A stretch of 10,909 nucleotides of DNA from a virus (taxonomy: Duplodnaviria; Heunggongvirae; Uroviricota; Caudoviricetes). Positions within the stretch are counted from its first letter, which is position 1. Every line of letters begins with the position of its first letter. Of the stretch, positions 6,779 to 10,909 are shown one piece after another. The translations under genes and the position numbers were made by a program. A model generated the notes under the pieces. It saw nothing but the letters and a program-made list of their open reading frames with translations, searched no databases and was not told where the DNA came from. The stretch lies in IMG/VR virus record IMGVR_UViG_3300010885_072628. One strand, written 5' to 3'.

Positions 6779-6806
6779 TTGACGATTCTTTTTTTTGTGC
6801 TAAAAT
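6779..6806 (+). promoter_or_regulatory. Sigma70-type promoter (TTGACG-16 bp-TAAAAT, extended -10 TG)
   Basis: -35 TTGACG at 6779-6784, TG at 6798-6799, -10 TAAAAT at 6801-6806, 33 nt before the ATG at 6840. Confidence 0.7.
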
Positions 6807-6839
6807 CACAATATAACCCCAACTCCTACGGACTAAATC

Positions 6840-7718
6840 ATGCCAAAATTTTTCGAATCTGAGAAAAATCTTTTGAAAGTCGTGCCTCATTCTTCTATTT
6901 CTGCACAAGACTTGCTGGCTTTGAAAAATTTAGTTTCAAAAGACCCTGAGCATGTTCTCGATATGTTGCTGCTTTCAGGAAGCCTTTTTGAAGAAGTTAC
7001 AGGAAAGATTTCTGAAAACAAAGAACTATGTGGTGTTTATGATATACCCCACATGCGATTATCAACTAAAGCGTTCTATTTTCAGAACGCATTGGTTAAC
7101 ACTAACGAAATGAGTAGAATTCTCGAAGTTGATAGACATGGGGTTATAAATTTCGCTACGCTCCATAATCTCACAATGTTCACAAGTGGCAAATTTAGAG
7201 TTATTGTCAAAGATGGCAAATACTCTCAAGCAGTAAAGAATGAAATTGAAAATTCTGAATACAAGAAACAAGCACATTCTAGTTTGAAATTTATTGGTCG
7301 TGGACTTTTGTTGGAAATAGCCTGCGTCCTTATCAGAAGAAGCGTTAAAGAAGTGTTCACTTCCGAAGATCTTGAAAAAGTTCTTAGGTCTTACGGTAAG
7401 AATTTTGCATCCGCTTCTATTTCTGGTGCATGTGCAGAATTGTGCAAACCGGGCAAAGCTGTATTGCAGAAAATTAGTCGAGGAAAGTGGAAGCAAACTT
7501 TCTATTCTTCTTCTAATGTCTCTGTTGAACAAAAGCCAAGACAACAGCCGCAGCCCAGAAAAGTTTCTTTTGAAAGTCCTATTAAACCAGTCGAACAACC
7601 AAAAGCACCGCAGCAGAAAGATTTCAGTATTGATGCCATCATGAAGATTGTTGAGTCGAATCTTAGCGATTCAGCAAAAGAATATATCATTAACTCTATG
7701 AAAAGAAATTCTAATTAA
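6840..7718 (+). CDS. Hypothetical protein with putative HTH and winged-helix DNA-binding regions
   Basis: TNEMSRILEVDRHGVINFA is HTH-like. FTSEDLEKVL...SISGACAELCK...VLQKISRGKW fits a wHTH with a wing. P/Q-rich linker near the C-terminus. The ORF is certain; the function is inferred. Confidence 0.7.
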   Translation: MPKFFESEKNLLKVVPHSSISAQDLLALKNLVSKDPEHVLDMLLLSGSLFEEVTGKISENKELCGVYDIPHMRLSTKAFYFQNALVNTNEMSRILEVDRHGVINFATLHNLTMFTSGKFRVIVKDGKYSQAVKNEIENSEYKKQAHSSLKFIGRGLLLEIACVLIRRSVKEVFTSEDLEKVLRSYGKNFASASISGACAELCKPGKAVLQKISRGKWKQTFYSSSNVSVEQKPRQQPQPRKVSFESPIKPVEQPKAPQQKDFSIDAIMKIVESNLSDSAKEYIINSMKRNSN

Positions 7719-7723
7719 ACTAT

Positions 7724-7757
7724 TAATCCCTCCAGCATAAATATGCTAGGGGGATTA
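7724..7757. terminator. Stem-loop after the wHTH gene (possible terminator or RNA-stability hairpin)
   Basis: TAATCCCTCCAGCATA / TATGCTAGGGGGATTA inverted repeat with one mismatch and one G-U. No clear U tract. Confidence 0.45.
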
Positions 7758-7887
7758 TGGACGAACACCTATCGATAAAAGAATTATTTAGTTTCATCGG
7801 ATACAGCTTTTTGATCTTTCTAGCCATGTTGCCGGTACAACTTTTGTTTAAATACTTTTTTCTGTATCTTTTAAAAACATATTTCTA

Positions 7888-8115
7888 ATGTATGATTACA
7901 AAGAACTCTTCGACTACACGATTGAGTGTTTTAAAAAAATAGAAGCATACGAAATTCTTGGTAGAATTAAAGAAGATGTCAAGAATCTATCTTCGGATAA
8001 AGACAAACTACTTATATTGATTAATTTTCTCGCAGATCATTTAGACGAGAAAGAAACAAAGTTGCAGTCAGATTTGCTAAAACTTAGATCATCTATTTTG
8101 AATCAAGTTATCTAA
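7888..8115 (+). CDS. Hypothetical protein (75 aa, helical)
   Basis: Open frame with amphipathic helical composition. No clear SD. Confidence 0.55.
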   Translation: MYDYKELFDYTIECFKKIEAYEILGRIKEDVKNLSSDKDKLLILINFLADHLDEKETKLQSDLLKLRSSILNQVI

Positions 8116-8247
8116 CTTGTCGCCACGCCCTTAAATTTAAAAAATCATGCAGAACATCGTCAGGAACAAGGGCATGTTCAAGCCTTGAAAACGGATACTC
8201 CGTTCTTGCAACCATACGAAACAGCATTAGGAGTAGAAAACAAGAAC

Positions 8248-8598
8248 ATGAAAGTAGCAATTAATACGTGTTATGGCGGATTTAGTTTGTCAGATCTTGC
8301 GATTGAAAAGTTACTATCTATTAAGGGGATAGATTTTGAGAAACAGGAAAACGAACATCGTGACGCTTATTATTATAAAAAAGGTTTTCTTGGCAATAAC
8401 GAATACTATATCTCCAGATACGACTTCTGCGAAAATCGCTCAGATTCAGATCTGATTAGCGTGATTGAAGAAATGGGCGAAGCCGCAAATGGACCAACTG
8501 CAAAATTAAAAATTGTCGAAGTAGACTCTACTGACTGGCATATCGAGGAATACGATGGCGTTGAACATGTATCAGAAAATCACAGAACTTGGAGCTAA
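8248..8598 (+). CDS. Conserved hypothetical phage protein (116 aa)
   Basis: Start moved from the TTG at 8185 to the ATG at 8248 (AGGAG upstream, long spacing). INTCYGGFSLS...RSDSDLISVIEEMGEAANG...KLKIVE...IEEYDGVEHVSENHRTW matches a family I recognise from many tailed phages; function unknown. Confidence 0.8.
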   Translation: MKVAINTCYGGFSLSDLAIEKLLSIKGIDFEKQENEHRDAYYYKKGFLGNNEYYISRYDFCENRSDSDLISVIEEMGEAANGPTAKLKIVEVDSTDWHIEEYDGVEHVSENHRTWS

Positions 8599-8665
8599 TG
8601 CAAGCAAGTTTGTCTGTTTTTCATCTTGCTCACCAGCCAATCTTAAATTTTAAATTTGGGGCCGT

Positions 8666-8682
8666 AAAAAAATTGTACCCTA
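8666..8682 (+). promoter_or_regulatory. Conserved 17-bp element, copy 5
   Basis: Exact match. Lies 72 nt before the ATG of the second AAA+ ATPase. Confidence 0.7.
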
Positions 8683-8754
8683 AAAGGGGGTCACCGTTCG
8701 TCCAGTTCGATTAACCTTTGTTTCCATTAACCTGTTTGTTTAAAAGGATTTAAG

Positions 8755-9873
8755 ATGTCTCGGCCTAAAACTAAAGAAGCACTTTTGATTGAATCTGTTC
8801 TGTCAAGCGGCAACTTTGTTAATTATCGTATTTTCGCCAGTTCCGCTGAGTATCAGCAGTATAAGGCTCAAGAGAGCAAAGAAATCACAGAGATGTTTTT
8901 CAACAGCGTTAAGGTACGCTGGGTAAAAAATGGCGGTACTGTTTCTGGTTCTGCCGCTCCAACTGTTAGCACTGTAGAGAGCAAGCCAGAGTTCGCTTTC
9001 GAGCCATCAAAGTGGAGTTATTCTCCTGAAGCAACAGATATGATTCCTGTTATTGATAAGCACTTTGTTGTTGGCGATGACAACAAGGCTCTAATTGATC
9101 TGGTACAGAAGCGTAGTACGATTGGCAATGTCAACATTAGACTTGTTGGCCCTGCTGGCTGTGGCAAGACCAGCTTTGCTACCAACTACGCAGCTAATCG
9201 CAAGATGCCTGCTCTGATTATGGATTGTGCAAACGTGCGCGAACCTCGTGATTGGTTTGGTTATCGTAAATTCGATGCACAAACTAAGGAGATCGTTTGG
9301 CACGAAAGCATGTTCATTCGTATGATTGAAACTCCGGGCAGCGTTGTAGTGCTTGACGAATTGAATCGAGTTAGTCCTATGGTAATTAACACTTTGATTC
9401 CTTTGTTGGATCATCGTAGGGCTACTTACCTTGAGGAAGCCGGTCGCACTATTAAGTGTGCTGAAGGTGTTAGCTTCTGGGCTGCGATCAATGAGGGTAA
9501 TCAGTTCACAGGAACTATTCAGCTTGACGAAGCAATCAGTGATCGTTTCGGTCTTGTTGTTGAGTGTAAGTTTCTCGATGCAAAGACTGAGGGGAATGTT
9601 CTCAAAAGCAAGACGGGACTCAATATCGATGACTGCCGCAAACTTGTAGATGTTGCAAACCAAGTTCGTGCCAAGAGCCAAATGGATACTGCTGATGCCT
9701 TCAGCAAGCCCATTAGCACCCGTATGCTTGAAGAAGCTGCTACTGCTATGGTGATTGGTGGAACCAAGACTCTTTATTATACTCTGTTGAATCACTTTAG
9801 TGGTTCTGGTGGAGCTTCTAGCGAACGCCAAGGACTTCACAAGTTGCTGGTTGGTAAGTTTGGTACTATCTAA
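8755..9873 (+). CDS. CobS/CbbQ/NirQ-like MoxR AAA+ ATPase (AAA_5) with N-terminal extension
   Basis: Walker A GPAGCGKT, Walker B VVVLDELNR, AAINEG..FTGT..LDEAISDRF (sensor-I and Arg finger), ISTRML (sensor II). AAGGA SD. Confidence 0.92.
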   Translation: MSRPKTKEALLIESVLSSGNFVNYRIFASSAEYQQYKAQESKEITEMFFNSVKVRWVKNGGTVSGSAAPTVSTVESKPEFAFEPSKWSYSPEATDMIPVIDKHFVVGDDNKALIDLVQKRSTIGNVNIRLVGPAGCGKTSFATNYAANRKMPALIMDCANVREPRDWFGYRKFDAQTKEIVWHESMFIRMIETPGSVVVLDELNRVSPMVINTLIPLLDHRRATYLEEAGRTIKCAEGVSFWAAINEGNQFTGTIQLDEAISDRFGLVVECKFLDAKTEGNVLKSKTGLNIDDCRKLVDVANQVRAKSQMDTADAFSKPISTRMLEEAATAMVIGGTKTLYYTLLNHFSGSGGASSERQGLHKLLVGKFGTI

Positions 9874-9908
9874 TTATCTAACACACACCATCAAAAAGAG
9901 AAAAAATC

Positions 9909-10909
9909 ATGAAATCAGAATGGTTCAAAAAGTGGGAAGATGCTGAAGTCATCAAGGTTGATAAAAGCCAACCAGCTTTTCATGGCGATGGAGACGATGA
10001 TGATGAAGATGGTGAATATGTAAAACCTGGCGGATGGTGGGATAGGTTTCACAACAATAAGTCTTATACACCTGTAAAGAGTACAAGTGCATACCTCAGT
10101 TCTTCTTTCGACAGACATGATTCACGAACTTCGCAAGAAGATGATCTGTTGGAAGTCCTGAAGGAAATCAATAAGACTATCAACTTGACGCAAAACAGTA
10201 TGGATGGAGACGAAAAGAATATGGTTGTTCGTTTTAGTAACGGCAATCATGTTAATGATCTTTCTTCATCTGAGCTTTTTGTTTCGCCAAAAGTCATTAT
10301 GAACGGTCAGCGTATTCATTCAAAAAATAGCGATGAATACTTTGACGGGTTGGACGCTCTTAATGGCCAAGTCATGTTGTGCAGCTTTATGAGAAAAAGC
10401 GTACACAAAGTGGCCAGCAACCAATATGCCCTGAATATCAATTGGGCTATTCGTAATATTTACATGACGGATCTTCAAACTACTGCTGGTAACGAGATTC
10501 GCAAAGAATGGCCGGGATTTCAGTCATATATCGATCAGCAGCAAAAAGTATTTGCAATTAGCAAAGAAGCTGTCATTGACAGCTTTAATTCACCCGATCA
10601 AAATATTGATAATTTCATCAATATGATTTGCTATAACAGACTCAGCAAAGATCGTGTCGAATACCATGCTTTGTTTGAACAAGAAATTGCAGATCGTTTA
10701 ACTCTTGCTGATGAGGCTCTCAATAATACTCTAGATCAACCAATTGAAAACGTGTTGAGATTTAGAAGAGCAGAAGATGTCTACAAGAAGCTTCAAGAAA
10801 TTCTTGATCTTGAAACTCCACCGCCACCACCATGTTCAGACTCTAATTCAGACTCCGATTCAGACTCCGATTCAGACTCCGATTCAGACTCCGATTCAGA
10901 CTCCGATTC
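9909..10909 (+). CDS. 3'-truncated large protein (>333 aa), probable partner of the upstream ATPase; not in the ORF track
   Basis: Frame open from ATG 9909 (MKSEWFKKWEDAEVIKVDKSQPAFHGDGDDDDEDGEY...) to the window end, finishing ...ETPPPPPCSDSNSDSDSDSD. Starts 35 nt after the ATPase stop. Confidence 0.9.
   Translation, partial: MKSEWFKKWEDAEVIKVDKSQPAFHGDGDDDDEDGEYVKPGGWWDRFHNNKSYTPVKSTSAYLSSSFDRHDSRTSQEDDLLEVLKEINKTINLTQNSMDGDEKNMVVRFSNGNHVNDLSSSELFVSPKVIMNGQRIHSKNSDEYFDGLDALNGQVMLCSFMRKSVHKVASNQYALNINWAIRNIYMTDLQTTAGNEIRKEWPGFQSYIDQQQKVFAISKEAVIDSFNSPDQNIDNFINMICYNRLSKDRVEYHALFEQEIADRLTLADEALNNTLDQPIENVLRFRRAEDVYKKLQEILDLETPPPPPCSDSNSDSDSDSDSDSDSDSDSDSD
10836..10909 (+). repeat. 12-bp tandem repeat (TCAGACTCCGAT)n encoding Ser-Asp-Ser-Asp
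   Basis: One variant unit (TCAGACTCTAAT), then five perfect units (10848-10907) and a partial unit running off the window. Confidence 0.95.

Noticed and set aside
7834-7845. Reverse-oriented partial match to the element (GGTACAACTTTT)
   Set aside because: Only 11/12 nt of part of the core match, it lacks CCTA, and the orientation is wrong. It is plausibly chance.
8133-8145. Reverse copy of the upstream AT box (AAATTTAAAAAAT) next to a GC-rich block
   Set aside because: Low-complexity AT sequence with no adjacent core.
864-8682. 17-bp repeats as a CRISPR array
   Set aside because: Copies are about 0.9-3.5 kb apart with whole genes between them, the unit is too short, and no cas genes are in the window.
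864-8682. Element as a sigma70 promoter (TTGTAC as -35 on plus, or TACAAT as -10 on minus)
   Set aside because: No consistent partner hexamer at 16-18 bp in either orientation. Only copy 2 gives a minus-strand TAGACA at 18 bp.
864-8682. AAAATTG resembles the mimivirus early promoter AAAATTGA, suggesting a eukaryotic giant virus
   Set aside because: Strong SD sites, coupled stop/starts, a type II tRNA-Tyr, a C73 tRNA-His and a sigma70 promoter all indicate a bacterial host. The eighth base also differs.
8598-8714. 38-codon ORF starting at a TAATG overlap and reading through element copy 5
   Set aside because: The SD is too close, it has no motif, and it crosses the conserved leader. It is probably incidental.
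804-10246. All minus-strand ORFs and alternative-frame plus ORFs in the track (e.g. 2967-3641, 3963-4415, 7062-7598, 9091-9840, 3154-3447, 5040-5261, 5539-5838)
   Set aside because: They shadow well-supported plus-strand genes and show no recognisable motifs.

Overview
Gene-dense, entirely plus-strand region that looks like part of a large (jumbo-type) bacteriophage genome read in the standard code. Support: Shine-Dalgarno sites, abutting or overlapping stop/start codons, many small hypothetical ORFs, tandem bacterial-type tRNA-Tyr(GUA) and tRNA-His(GUG), and one canonical sigma70 promoter. It encodes an FkbM-family methyltransferase, an HExxH-metallopeptidase/vWA protein, two different MoxR-like (AAA_5) AAA+ ATPases, a putative winged-helix protein, and a 5'-partial and a 3'-partial ORF absent from the ORF track. 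The 3'-partial ORF runs into a perfect Ser-Asp tandem repeat. The most striking signal is an invariant, co-oriented 17-bp element (AAAAAAATTGTACCCTA) present five times, each time at a gene boundary. It is extended by shared flanks, most strongly (27/30 nt) ahead of the two AAA+ ATPases. It may be a phage-specific promoter/operator regulon or a cassette boundary, and it links the two putative AAA+/partner remodelling modules. All functional calls come from motif reading only; no database searches were run.
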